64,000 nucleotides of DNA from Octopus vulgaris (GCA_951406725.2 OX597819.1:93744001-93808000), one strand, 5' to 3'; positions 41,757 to 53,735 are shown, numbered from the stretch's first letter. Made by a program: numbers and translations. Notes: a model not told the origin generated them from the sequence alone.

Positions 41757-42270
41757 CACATATATATTTATATATACTTACCACTTATTGACCATCGAAC
41801 TAATAATTACCTTTTGCTTACACTTTAGCTTCCATATTGTTTTTTCATTATTATTTCCTGCATATATATATATACTTGTAATCTTTTCATCACTATCATC
41901 ATCATTTTAACGTCCACTATTATATGCTTAAGTGGGTCAGACTGAATTCATTGAAACAGATTTTTACCATTGCATGATATCATGGCAACATTATAGAAAT
42001 ACACATATATTCTACCATATATATATATACACAAGTATATATATATATATGTGCGTTTGTATGTATACACTCACACATCAATATATATATTTGTATGTAT
42101 GTATATATATATGTATATATATATATATATGCACACAAACATATATATGGGCTTCTTTCTACTTTCATCTTCACTCACAAGACTTTGGTCAAACTTGAGT
42201 TATAGAAGTTACATACCTAAGGTACTTCACAGGGAGCTAAACCTGAAACAAACCTCTTTATATATATATA

Positions 42271-42770
42271 TACAAGGTGGTATAAAAAAAGTTTCCAGAC
42301 TACTTATATTTAATAAAAAATAACCTATTTACCTAAGTTTTAACATGATCCCCTTCAAAACTGTCACCTTGTACAGTTATACACCGGTGTCAGTGTTCCT
42401 GTCACTTTTGGAATCCAGCCTAGAAGTTGTTTTCTGTAAGCGAGTCGAGTACCTTTTGTGATTTGGTCTGGATCTCAACAAAAGTGTTAAAGTAGTGACC
42501 TTTGAGGAAAAGATGAAAGTCTGCAGGTGCTAAATCTGGCAAATAGGGCAGGTGGGGAAGTGATATTTTGTTGTTTTGGGTAAAAACTCAAGAGTGAGCA
42601 ATGCTCAGTGACAGAGTGCAGCATTGTCATCATGAAGAATCCAGTTCTTCATGCTCCACAGGTCCAGTCACTTTCGCTGAAGGTCGTCTCTCAAATGTTT
42701 CAAAACGTCACAGTAGAACTCTTGGTTGGCAGTTTTGCCCTGGGGGAAGAATTCTCAATGCACAATACCT
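42271..42770 (-). mobile_element. mariner (DD34D-type) transposon 3' fragment
   Basis: Minus strand gives LHDDNAA and PHLPYLPDLAPAD (HDNARPH and YSPDLAP motifs). TA-flanked terminus near 42271. Confidence 0.85.
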
Positions 42771-43120
42771 TTTGACCCTGAAAGGATGAAAAGTCAAAGT
42801 CAACTTCAGTGGACTCAAAATGTAATGACAGATGAAATACTGCTACACATCTTGCCTGGCATGCTAACGATTCTGCCAGTTCACTGTCCTAAAAGATATA
42901 AATATTCTTTTCTACTTTAGGCACAAGGCTCCAGATTTTTGGGGAGGGCGCCAGTCAATTAGATCGACTCCAGTACACAACTGCTACTTAATTTATCAAC
43001 CCTGAAAGGATGAAAGGCAAAGTCAGCCTCAACAGAATTCGAAATCAGAATGTAAAGACAGATGAAATACCGCTAAGAATTTTGTCCGGCATGCTAACAT
43101 TTCTGCCAGCTCGCCACCTT
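42770..43120 (-). mobile_element. two family-B SINEs
   Basis: GAAAGGATGAAAGGCAAAGTC...CTGCCAGCTCGCCACC reverse-complement bodies. Confidence 0.8.
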
Positions 43121-43659
43121 AAAAGATACAAATATTAAATACAGTAATATCTGTTTGAGCAAACCAACACTTTCCTTAGCAAGATGAAATGACATACAAT
43201 AACAAAATATTTAAATATTTGGGATGATTCCATTAAATTCTATAGTACATTGTATCAAAATCCTATCGCTTTTCTTGTTGTTTTAGAGCAGACCATTCCA
43301 GCCTTAATCCAAAGACCTACACTTATTGCATTCCAGCCATGATCATGGCATAATTTTCCAATGTATAGTGAACCTTGAACACAACCAAGGTTTTCTTTAC
43401 TTTAAAAAGTAGAATATGATTTGTGGGAGATTTAGTTACTGCTTCTAGCTTGTCTTGTAACTATGTATATCCTTCATTAAGTTCCTTCATTAACTTGCAC
43501 AATGATTTGTATTTTGCTTGGCTTCTCTGCCTACATATATATGAGTATGCTGATGACTGTGTTTATCTGTTTTAATACCATTACATCCATGTAGAAAGCA
43601 CATGCCTGAAACTGCCTAAGCCTTTCTGATAATATACTCTATCCCTATTTCTCTGTTAA

Positions 43660-43882
43660 CTCTTTCATTACCGTATTTATTTTGAGATGCTCTGTATTTC
43701 TTTCATTTTATTTAAAATATAACAAACAATTTAGTAAAATAAATTAATTATCATTAAGCTAGTGTTAGGAACATAAATTGTGACTAAGGTTTGGTGGAAA
43801 AATTTTTTTTAAGAACTTTTGAAAACAAGACATTTGTACTACAGTGCTAGAGGCGATTTCGGCCGGGTTGGTAACGAAAGGG
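43660..43882. mobile_element. piggyBac-type MITE
   Basis: TTAA-CTCTTTCATTACC ... GGTAACGAAAGGG-TTAA: 13-bp TIR with 2 mismatches and TTAA on both sides. Confidence 0.8.
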
Positions 43883-44626
43883 TTAAGCAGTCTGTGGCAG
43901 CATAAAATAGCTAATTGTCAAAGCAGTTAGTGACAGTAGGAGATTCTAACAGCTATAGAGAGGTAGAGAGTTGTAGCAAGTATATACATCTCGCTTAATA
44001 AGGTATGATGCATGGTAAGAACACCTAACTGCTAGAAGAAATGAGAATCTTTTAAAAAAATCATAACAGCTTGCAACCAAATGTAGAAGGTGGAAGCAAG
44101 AATATCTAGCTGGAATATGTAGGCACATGTAGCAAATCATTTAACTGCCAAAAGTAGGTAGAAGTAGTAAGATGGTTTAGCTGCCAAAAGTAGGTGGATG
44201 TAGTAAAACTAACAAAACTAATTGCTTCAGCTGTAAGGAAAATTTCTAAATTTGCTGATATGGAAAATTGCATGTAAAACACTTTGTATGTTATGTGTAT
44301 GCATGTATGTGTGTGTGCAAGCAGAAAGTGAGAGAGAGAAGAAAGAAAGTTGACAACACATGCACGGACACACGCAAAAAGACAGAAAACATTTAGAATT
44401 TTTGAGTCAATTTAGTGTATTTTTTTCTTGGCACTCAGTATTGAATATGATGATGTTAAACTTTGAAATAATACAGAAAGGGTTACTTAAGGTCACTTCC
44501 TGTTATATAACAATAATCCATACTTTGTATGTATATCTTTTATCTGACATTTAATACTTCTTTGTCATATACACAATATATTAAGCTCTAGTTGTTATAT
44601 CACATGAGATATAAACATGTTTGTAC

Positions 44627-44686
<60 letters not shown>

Positions 44687-44699
44687 ATAAAGACAAATA

Positions 44700-44736
<37 letters not shown>

Positions 44737-45220
44737 GTATATTTGTGTTTGGTATGTATATATGCATTGAGTGCTTTACAATGTTATGTCAATTGTGCAT
44801 CATCTAAGTGTTTGTGGTTTGGAAGTTTTCACTAACAGTCTACTTATTTAATCAAGCCTAACAATTGATGTATATTTAACACAAGAAATATATCAACCCA
44901 AATTGTGTTTTGAAGTCTCAAATCAGCATGAAAGAATTATGTAACTAACCTATCAACCAAAACACTATTTTCTATGCTACTTAAACAAAATCATGGCAAT
45001 CTAATTCTTTCAGTATATATACATATGTACGGTGTGCATGCGCGCGTGTGTGTTTATGTGTATTTGTGTGTGTGTGTGTGTGTATACATATATATATATG
45101 CACATGTGTGTGTGTTTGTATGTATATATATATATATGTTTGTGTGTGTGTATATATATGTATAAATATTTATATGCGTATATGTAAATATGTATATGTA
45201 AATATATATATATATATGTT

Positions 45221-45259
<39 letters not shown>

Positions 45260-46094
45260 GCATTTGTGTGTGTGAGAGAGAGAAAGAGTGTGTGTGTATG
45301 CACCAAGACATAAAAGTGGTCAATATAGAATTGTGGAATCTGATATATGTTTATTTATGTGGAAAGTAAGCAATGATTACATTCCTGAACCACAATTTGC
45401 TTGATCGGCCCCTAGATCTACCATACACATCACATGGCTGGAAACAAAAGATATAAAGTGACTGTTAATGGTGTAATTACTTCAAGCAATGTAAATCAGT
45501 AGTGTCTGCTATCATCTGTCATGTAATCCCTGTTTATCTTGCGCCAAAATGGACATTACATCATCATCATCATCACCATCATCACCATCATCGTTGTCAT
45601 CATGACTATTACTGTCGTCGTCATTTCATCATTGTTGTTATTGCCATTGTCATTTAATGCCCACTTTTCCCATCTTACATGGGTCAGACGGAATTTGTTA
45701 AGGCAGATTTTCTACAGCCAGATGCTCTTTTCGTCACTAATAGTCACCTGTTTCCAAGTATAGTAATATTTCCCCATGAGGGCGGTAAGCAGGCATAATC
45801 ATTAGCACACCAAACAAAAGACATAGCAGTATTTCGTCTGACATTACATTCTGAGTCCAAATCCTGCATAGGTTGACTTTGCCTTTCATCCTTTCAGAGT
45901 CGATTAAATATGTACCAGTTACACACTAGGGTCGATGTAATCAACTTAATCCCTTTGTCTGTCCTGGATTTATTCTTTGTAAGCCTAGTATTTATTTTAT
46001 CAGTTTCTTTTGCCAAACTGCTAAGTTACAGGGACATAAACACACCAACACCAGTTGTGAAGCAACAGTGGGGAGACAAACACAGGCACACCAC

Positions 46095-46281
46095 TAGCGA
46101 TTTTTTTCCCCTGTCTTCCCTTCTCGGGATCTTTCCTTTTCCTATGTTTCCGACGAAGAGCTCCGCTCGAAACGTCAAACCCTCTTTCTTCCTTTCTTTC
46201 CTGAGCGTCCAATAATACTTTATTTGTTCCACGTACTTGCGTTGTTGTTTTTCTGTTTTTGTTTTCTTGTTTAGATTAACT
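46095..46281 (+). mobile_element. ~200-bp hammerhead-bearing element, copy 2, inserted in the linker of a minus-strand family-A SINE (~45965-46460)
   Basis: Homologous to 17083-17288; the SINE halves resume on both sides. Confidence 0.8.
46146..46180 (+). ncRNA. minimal hammerhead motif, CCGACGA core variant
   Basis: GTTT-CCGACGA-A-GAGC-TCC-GCTC-GAAAC-GTC-AAAC, with a GUC cleavage triplet. Confidence 0.65.
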
Positions 46282-46650
46282 ATATATATATATATATAAT
46301 ACAGACATCTTTCAGTTTCCATCTATCAAATCCACTCACAAAGCTTTGGTCGGCCCGAGGCTACAGTAGAAGACACTTGCCCAAAGTGCCATGCAGTGGG
46401 ACTGAACCTGGAACAATGTAGTTTGGAAGTAAACTTCTTCCCATACAGCCACTCCTGCACCTGTATATATAATTCGTGTTTGGAACAGTGGATTTCAAAT
46501 CACATAAAGCTATAAAGAATAGCATGTAAATATCGGTTTGAAAATCTCTTTGGGATAGAAAAGTCAAAGGCTACAGGAGAGGTGGGTAGTACTTATTTTA
46601 TCAGCCTCTTTTGCTGAACCACTAAGTTACGGGGACATAAACACACCAAC

Positions 46651-46741
<91 letters not shown>

Positions 46742-47207
46742 GCTTCTTCTAGTTTCCATCTACAAAATCCACTCACAAGGCTTTGGTCGGCCAGAGACTA
46801 TAATAGAAGACACTTGCTCAAGGCGCCACCTGCATGTATATGTATATACATATGTACATGTATCTATGCACACACACACACAACACAACATGCACATGCA
46901 CTACAGGCTTTTTCAGTATCTGGTATCAGATTCCATCTCAAAGTATTGGTCAACCTGCAACTATAGTATAGAATGCTAAGCAACAACATTCATCCAGGGG
47001 CACTGAACTGCAAACCACATGGTTCAGAAGTGAACTTCACAGTTCAGAAATATTTTTTTGTTTTAGATTTTCATCAAAACAACCTTCTTTTTTTCTTTTG
47101 CAGTGCTCAATTAGCACACTTTTTTTTTTTTTTGTTATGTACAATTTTGAAAATTCAAACCATTTCATGAGCTTTATTGACAAACATTTATTTTTGCTTA
47201 ATTTCAG

Positions 47208-47305
47208 TTCAGTGGAATATGCAGTAGACACAGAAAACCTCAGTATATCTGCAATCAGAACTATACGAGTATTGCGGCCACTTCGAGCAATCAACCGTAT
47301 TCCAA
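47208..47305 (+). CDS. Cav3: internal coding exon of T-type voltage-gated calcium channel alpha-1 subunit (Cav3; CACNA1G/H/I family), domain I S3-S4
   Basis: Acceptor tttttgcttaatttcAG and donor A|GTAAGT. The 98 nt (phase 2 to phase 1) translate (G)[32 protein letters not shown](S), matching Cav3 domain [35 protein letters not shown] including the RxxRxxRxxR voltage sensor. Confidence 0.93.
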
Positions 47306-49309
47306 GTAAGTTGAACAAAAGCACCTCTCTCAATAATTCTACTATTATGTCTTTCGCTTTCCAATTCAATTCAATATTAAGCCTTACATAGTATAACTGC
47401 ATGTTACCTAAGAGTTTTAGGTGCAAAAAAAAGAATAATAATAATGCATTAGGTTTGGAATTCAAAAATTTATTATCAACATGGTTAGTTGAAGAGTTAA
47501 CATTTTGCAAAGCTTCTAACAATAAAATGCCTGCTCAAACAAATCCTGTAAATATGTAAATTTGAACAATCATCCTTTCGTTACTCTCGTGGAAAATCAA
47601 ACTGCAGCACAGTTGGAGCCAGGATTATCCTAGTGAACTGGATTTGTTTATTAACAGCTATGTTCTCACAGCATGGCTACATCCTTGAATGATGGAATCA
47701 GTAAAAGAGTGAGAGAGAATGGACGCAAACATCGACTCCAAAAATCAATATGGTGTCACCTGATTTACATTACTATCCTTCAGATAATACAAAGATTAAA
47801 ATCAAATGAAATAAAAAGAAAATAAATAAAAAGTAAAACAGAAAGTTTATTGGTGATTTTAGTGGATGGTTTATGGTTAGCAGTTATTCCCAATGCAAAA
47901 CCTTAATCATTTGAATCCTATACTTAACAATTTTCTAGTTTAGTTGACTAATGCAAATACTGACATTAGAAAATTTCCCAGGAATGCCTTCAGTATGAAG
48001 AACATACAGTTAAGTGTAGGCTAGCATACTTAAAGTAGTGAACCAAAAAGAATTTTAAATTAACTGATATAACACCCATAATGAAAAGAAAATATCATAA
48101 GCATTAATGACAAAACTGTCAATGGAAGTAAAGGGAGAGAACTTTAAAATTTGAATTAATGTAAAATTAAATGAAGGCAATGTTGAGGAGTTATTCTGAA
48201 ATTTGGTAGGTAGAGTAAAAATATATCATAAATTGAGTGTGATAGAAGAATTGAATATCTTAGTTGTCTACTGGCAAAATATGAACTTATTTTAATTAAT
48301 ATTTATTCACTTCTCATATAACTGAAGCAGGTATAATTACTTGACATTTAACATTGTCACCAAAAAAGCAAAAATGTTTTGTGTTTAAGTTTTAGTTTTT
48401 TTTATTTTGATAAAAGAGAAATCATAAGATACAAAATTCTTATTCAACCCGAGGAAAATATGAAGCATTCCATTGCCCAAAACATTAATATCAGGCTTTC
48501 AGTCATCAGTGGTATAGAGTAATTCTCCTTCATGATGGAAATCTTTTCTTTTTGTTTTTTTTTTATGCTTTTACATGTTTACCAGCTTGAAGACTACTGT
48601 TTGTAAGATTCCAAGATATGCTGCAAGCATAATTCTATTAGGTTGTAAATATTCAATTAAAAATTGAATTTCCAACTTCCCACAACCTCTATGTCAGTAT
48701 TATCAACAATACTGTCAGAATCATTACTATAACTACTACAGCATCATCGCCATCATACTCCATATCATCATTATCATCATCATCATCCTCATCACGACCT
48801 TTGTTGTCGATGTTGTCATCATCACCGACATTCTCCTCCTCCACATTATCATCAGCATCAGAATCGTTAAACCAATAACAACAGTTAGCATTACCATATA
48901 ATGGTAAGTCTTTGATTAATCACAAGTTCCTTCAATAAAAAACAGAGCCAAGTGAACGCTAACAAGCAAATCAACCTTCTAGAAACAACAGTCAAATACC
49001 CCTCAAATCATGCCATAACTGAAAAAAAAAGATGACCAGAAATCATGGTTTGTGCATCAGAGTGGGGGCAGATCAACAGTCTATTTCATTAGGGTTGATT
49101 AGGACAAGTGGCTGAGTGACTGTAACAACAACAGAAAAATCACATTTGATATAGGAAGGGCATCCAGCTGTAGAAACACTGCCAGATCTGACTGGACTGG
49201 TGCAGCTTTCGGGCTCCCCAGACCCCAGTTGAACCGTCCAACCCATGCTAGCATGGAAGGCGGACGTTAAATGATGATGATGATGATGATGATGATACAC
49301 CTAGCAACA

Positions 49310-49505
49310 TTCATCACAACTGTGTATAAAATGCTAAAATATGTATATTTACACATGTGCAACATTAGTTTTAATCAATTCATTATATATAAGGAAACAT
49401 ATTTATACATGTAAAATGTTAATTTTATCTACTCATTGTATATACTGAAACATATTAATTATACATATGCAACATGAATTTCATCTATCCATTATACACT
49501 AATAC
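49310..49505. repeat. degenerate ~51-bp AT-rich minisatellite (left part)
   Basis: Units like ACATGTGCAACATTA.TTT.ATC.ATTCATTATAT...AAACATATTTAT; same unit as 54150-54570. Confidence 0.7.
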
Positions 49506-49540
<35 letters not shown>

Positions 49541-49569
49541 CGAGAATGAAGCAACAAGAATGGATAGGT

Positions 49570-49660
49570 TTTTAGTACAATCGTTTCATACAAGGACAGG
49601 TTTTATTAAAAGTTGCAAAAATTACAGCATATAAACGTGTCCCGTACTCATCAGCTAAAA
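49570..49660 (-). ncRNA. type I hammerhead ribozyme (inverted copy)
   Basis: Exact reverse complement of 51536-51626. Confidence 0.8.
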
Positions 49661-49765
49661 TACATGTGAGTTCTCTAGACATCCTAGTGGTTGAGGCTAT
49701 ACTCATGAAGTAATGTAGATAATTAAGTAACATAAACAGATTTCAAAAGTTCATTAAAGTTCTTT

Positions 49766-50008
49766 ACCACCACACTTTCAAACAAAATCTGGGAACTCAA
49801 AAATAATAATAAAAATTATAACCTTAATTGGGAAATAGTTAGGAGAGCAATTCCGTATAAAAATAGTAGGGTTGGTTGCCAACTATGCTCCATGGAGACA
49901 TATGAAATTCTAAAGCATAGAAAACATAGAAACCTATTGAATAACCATATCGAACTAGGTCAAGTTTGTGTCCACGCTAAATTGAAGACTTTAAAATATT
50001 TTAAATGA
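49766..50008 (+). pseudogene. C-terminal 80 aa of Penelope-like GIY-YIG endonuclease region (no start, 5'-truncated)
   Basis: Open frame TTTLSNKIWELKNNNKNYNLNWEIVRRAIPYKNSRVGCQLCSMETYEILKHRKHRNLLNNHIELGQVCVHAKLKTLKYFK*, matching the PLE pattern LS..IW.LK...W.I.....Y......C.LC..E...I....LLN...E....C.H. Absent from the ORF track because it has no early start codon. Confidence 0.8.
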
Positions 50009-51535
50009 TTAGAATATTCGTAACTAGATAGATAGATATAACCTGATTTCTACTGGTATAGCACTGCTTTAAGTAGATAACTAAGAGTTCTCACACTACA
50101 GTTATCTTTTTCCTATATCTACATCAGTTTTTTGAGAACAGGGAAATGAATAGCACTTATTCGCCGCTTAATTGAGGCTTTATTTAATTTCAAACTCACA
50201 ATTTTTAAATTTTTTAAATTCTTAATTTTAAATCTTAATTGTAATTTTTAATTTTAGTTCCTAACTTAATCTAATTTAATTAGCATAACTCTAATTAATT
50301 AAAATGAGTTACTATAGACCCATTGTTCTATTTCAAAATTAAATAAATGAGACTATTCCCTCGGTGATAATATGATTATCTTCATTATGATAAACAATCC
50401 CCTAACACCTTTTGAATGATCTTCTAAGATTTGACCTGTAGTCCGTCAATGTATGAATAATAACGGCAACTCCTTAAGACAATAAAATGAATAAATAAGT
50501 AAGTAAATTTTAATGACTTTTTGATAAGATTATACCTAGTTTTCCCTAATGTATTTTCTGGTGATTTTAGCATCTGACCCCCGAAACCCCTAACTGTGTT
50601 ATCTCTTTAGATTCTCTTTAAATTCATAGCTGATTTCAACAGCAATAAATTAGCTATTTTAACTGGTCAAAGAATAATATTCTCCTCTAATTCCTAGATG
50701 CCTGTAAACTAAAACCAGACTTGTCGTCTACTAATTCTTCTGTATAACTAGAACCCTTTTTATCTTTTTCTTTCTTCTTTCTTCTTTTTTCTTTTTTTCT
50801 TCTTTTTCTTTTTCTTTTTTCCCTTCCTTCCCTATTCCTTTTCTTTTTCTTTCTCTTTTCTCTTTTTTTCTTTTTCTTCTTCTTATTCTCTTTTTCCTTT
50901 TCTCTTCTCTTTGAGTCCCCCTTTCCCCCCCTTTTTTGCTCCCTCCTCTTTTATTTTCTTTCTTTTATTTTCTCTCTTTTCTTCTATGCCCCTCCCTTTT
51001 CTATTCTATACAGCTCTAGTAAGCCCTTCAGCCTTTAAAAGTTAAATAGCTACAGCCTCTTGTAAATAGCAGTAATGTGATTAATGTGGCAAATACCTAA
51101 TCATATAGCAAGAATTGATACCTACCTCATTGTGTTCAACCATTGATAAATTTATCGCCTGTGAATATGAAATTCCTTGGAAATTTACACCTACACCATT
51201 GGAAATTGTGCATCTATACAAAGGATTAATTTACCCTCTCTGTAATGCTAATAAGCAGGAATTGAAACCCACCTCGTTGTAATTAACAATGGATAAATTT
51301 GCCTTCTGTGAGTATGTAATCCCTCATCATATCTCTGGAAATTCATATGTGCACTATGGATTGGGTCACCTTCTCTGTGATGCTATTAAGACTTTTTTAA
51401 AATTCTGTGATAAGACTGTACATCATCTTTAAAGAACTTTAATGAACTTTTGAAATCTGTTTATGTTACTTAATTATCTACATTACTTCATGAGTATAGC
51501 CTCAACCACTAGGATGTCTAGAGAACTCACATGTA

Positions 51536-51626
51536 TTTTAGCTGATGAGTACGGGACACGTTTATATGCTGTAATTTTTGCAACTTTTAATAAAACCTGT
51601 CCTTGTATGAAACGATTGTACTAAAA
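51536..51626 (+). ncRNA. type I hammerhead ribozyme with long stem II
   Basis: Stem I TTTTAG (51536-41)/CTAAAA (51621-26); CTGATGA (51542-48); stem II GTACGGGAC/GTCCTTGTAT; GAAAC (51609-13)-GATT-GTA. Predicted cut after 51620. Confidence 0.85.
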
Positions 51627-51855
51627 ACCTATCCATTCTTGTTGCTTCATTCTCACTTATAATCACCCCACATTACTGTATTGTTAAATCAGTATAGTTT
51701 TTTTTGGTGCATCTAAGTTAGGTACCATATTCAAGTAAATTCATTTAAATTAACTTGAATCTTTATTGCTTTTTGTATATATATATATATATATATATAC
51801 ATACATATATATATACATATATACATACATATATATATATACATACATATATATA

Positions 51856-52087
51856 AGGCGGCGAGCTGGCAGAAACGTTAGCACGCCGGGCGAAATGCAT
51901 TGCCGTATTTCGTCTGCCGTTACGTTCTGAGTTCAAATTCCGCCGAGGTCAACTTTGCCTTTCATCCTTCTGGGGTCGATAAATTAAGTACCAGTTATGC
52001 ACTGGGGTCGATGTAATCGACTTAATCCCTTTGTCTGTCCGTGTTTGTCTCCTCTGTGTTTAGCCCCTTGTGGGTAGTAAAGAAATA
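51856..52087 (+). mobile_element. SINE family B, young monomer in (TA)n
   Basis: GGCGGCGAGCTGGCAGAAACGTTAGCACGCCGGGCGAAATG with CpGs intact. Confidence 0.9.
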
Positions 52088-52291
52088 TATATATATAAGT
52101 CTAGTAAAATTTAGATTCAGATGAATATGGTACTTAAGTTGAAGGCACCAGAATTTAGTATGGTATTATCCACATAATTTAAAATGCTCTACATTTTAAA
52201 TTGATGTAATGTTTGCATTGTTCAATTAAATGGAATCGCATGAAACAATCATACAGCATTACATCTGGAAACCCTTGTTGCTTATTTTCAT

Positions 52292-52324
<33 letters not shown>

Positions 52325-52590
52325 TTATACATATATATTTATTCTTTTTTTTTATCTGACATTTGACTGCAGCCAGGATTTATTCTTTGTAAGCCAAGTA
52401 CTTATTCTATCAGTCTCTTTTGCTGAACTGCTAAGTTACAGAGATGTAAACACACCAAATCCACTCACAAGGATTTGGTCAGCTGAGGCTTTAGTAAAAG
52501 ACACTTGTCCAATGTGCCACGCAGTGGGACTGAACCCAGGACCATGTAGTTGATAAGCAAGCTACTTACTACACAGCCACTCCTGTGGCT

Positions 52591-52630
<40 letters not shown>

Positions 52631-52889
52631 AAAGTCTTTGTGAGAATTACTTGATACAGTTATTAGGTATCAAGGGGATTTATTTTTAAATGTTATGAAA
52701 TCTTTTACCAGAATGTCACTAACCTTTTTGAAAGAAGTTTTTGCCTTGGTGTGTGAGAACGTTTTTGATTAATCTTTGCAAACACACATACTCTTGAGAT
52801 AATGTATGAAAGAGAAAGTTGTTATTTCTGTAATAGTTGTAGTACCAATTATTTCAAGTTATATATACATTTCAAAATGTAACCACATG

Positions 52890-53077
52890 TGGATCATTGG
52901 TGATTTTCTTCCTCTGTCTTCCTTTCTATTGGACTTGCCTCTGTTTCTGAAGAAGAGCATTGCTCGAAGCATTAAACCATCTTTCTTTCTTTCCCTGAGC
53001 ATCTACTAATACTTAACATGTACCATGTCCTCGCATTTTCATTTTTTTGTGCTTGTTCTTCTGTTTAGGGATTTACT
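52890..53077 (+). mobile_element. ~200-bp hammerhead-bearing element, copy 3 (decayed)
   Basis: GTTT-CTGAAGA-A-GAGC-ATT-GCTC-GAAGC-ATT-AAAC at 52943-52977; flanks homologous to copies 1 and 2. Confidence 0.7.
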
Positions 53078-53083
53078 ATATAC

Positions 53084-53125
<42 letters not shown>

Positions 53126-53704
53126 AGGTGCAATACCCCAGTGGTTAGGGCAGCAGGCTCACAGTTGTGGGATCGCGGTTTCGATTCCCAAACCAGGCGT
53201 TGTGAGTGATTAAAGCTCCACGAGGCCCCAGCAGGTGGTGGTGGTGATCCCTGCTGTACTCTTTTGCTGCAACTTTCTCTCACTCTTTCTTCTGTTGGTC
53301 TGCTCACATAGCCAGCAGGGTGGCATCATTTGAAGGTTAACACAATGCGAAGCGCATTGTGACCAGTGATATGCAGCAACATTTGACAGCCTGGTCGGTC
53401 ATGTGATCCCATGATATATATATGTGTGTGTGTGTGTGTGTATTTTTTTATTCATTTATTCTTTCACTTGTTTTAGTCATTTGACTGCAGCCATGATGAA
53501 GCATTACCTTTAGTTGAACAAATCGACCCCAGGACTTATTCTTTGTAAGCCTAGTACTTATTGTATCGGTCTCTTTGGCCAAACCACTTAGTTACAGGGA
53601 CATAAACACACCAACATCAGTTGTCAAGCAATGGTGAGGAGAGAAACATAGACACACAAACATATACATATATATATATATATCTATATATATATATATT
53701 TATA

Positions 53705-53735
<31 letters not shown>

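Larger units (their letters stand above)
49542..51775 (+). mobile_element. young 5'-truncated Penelope-like retroelement with inverted 5' pLTR copy, inserted in (TA)n
   Basis: 49542-49766 is the exact reverse complement of 51430-51654 (225/225 by manual comparison). The interior starts with an open endonuclease C-terminus. Each arm has a hammerhead. (TA)n on both flanks. Confidence 0.88.

Noticed and set aside
47037-47522. 161-aa ORF antisense to the Cav3 exon
   Set aside because: Shadow frame with no recognisable homology.
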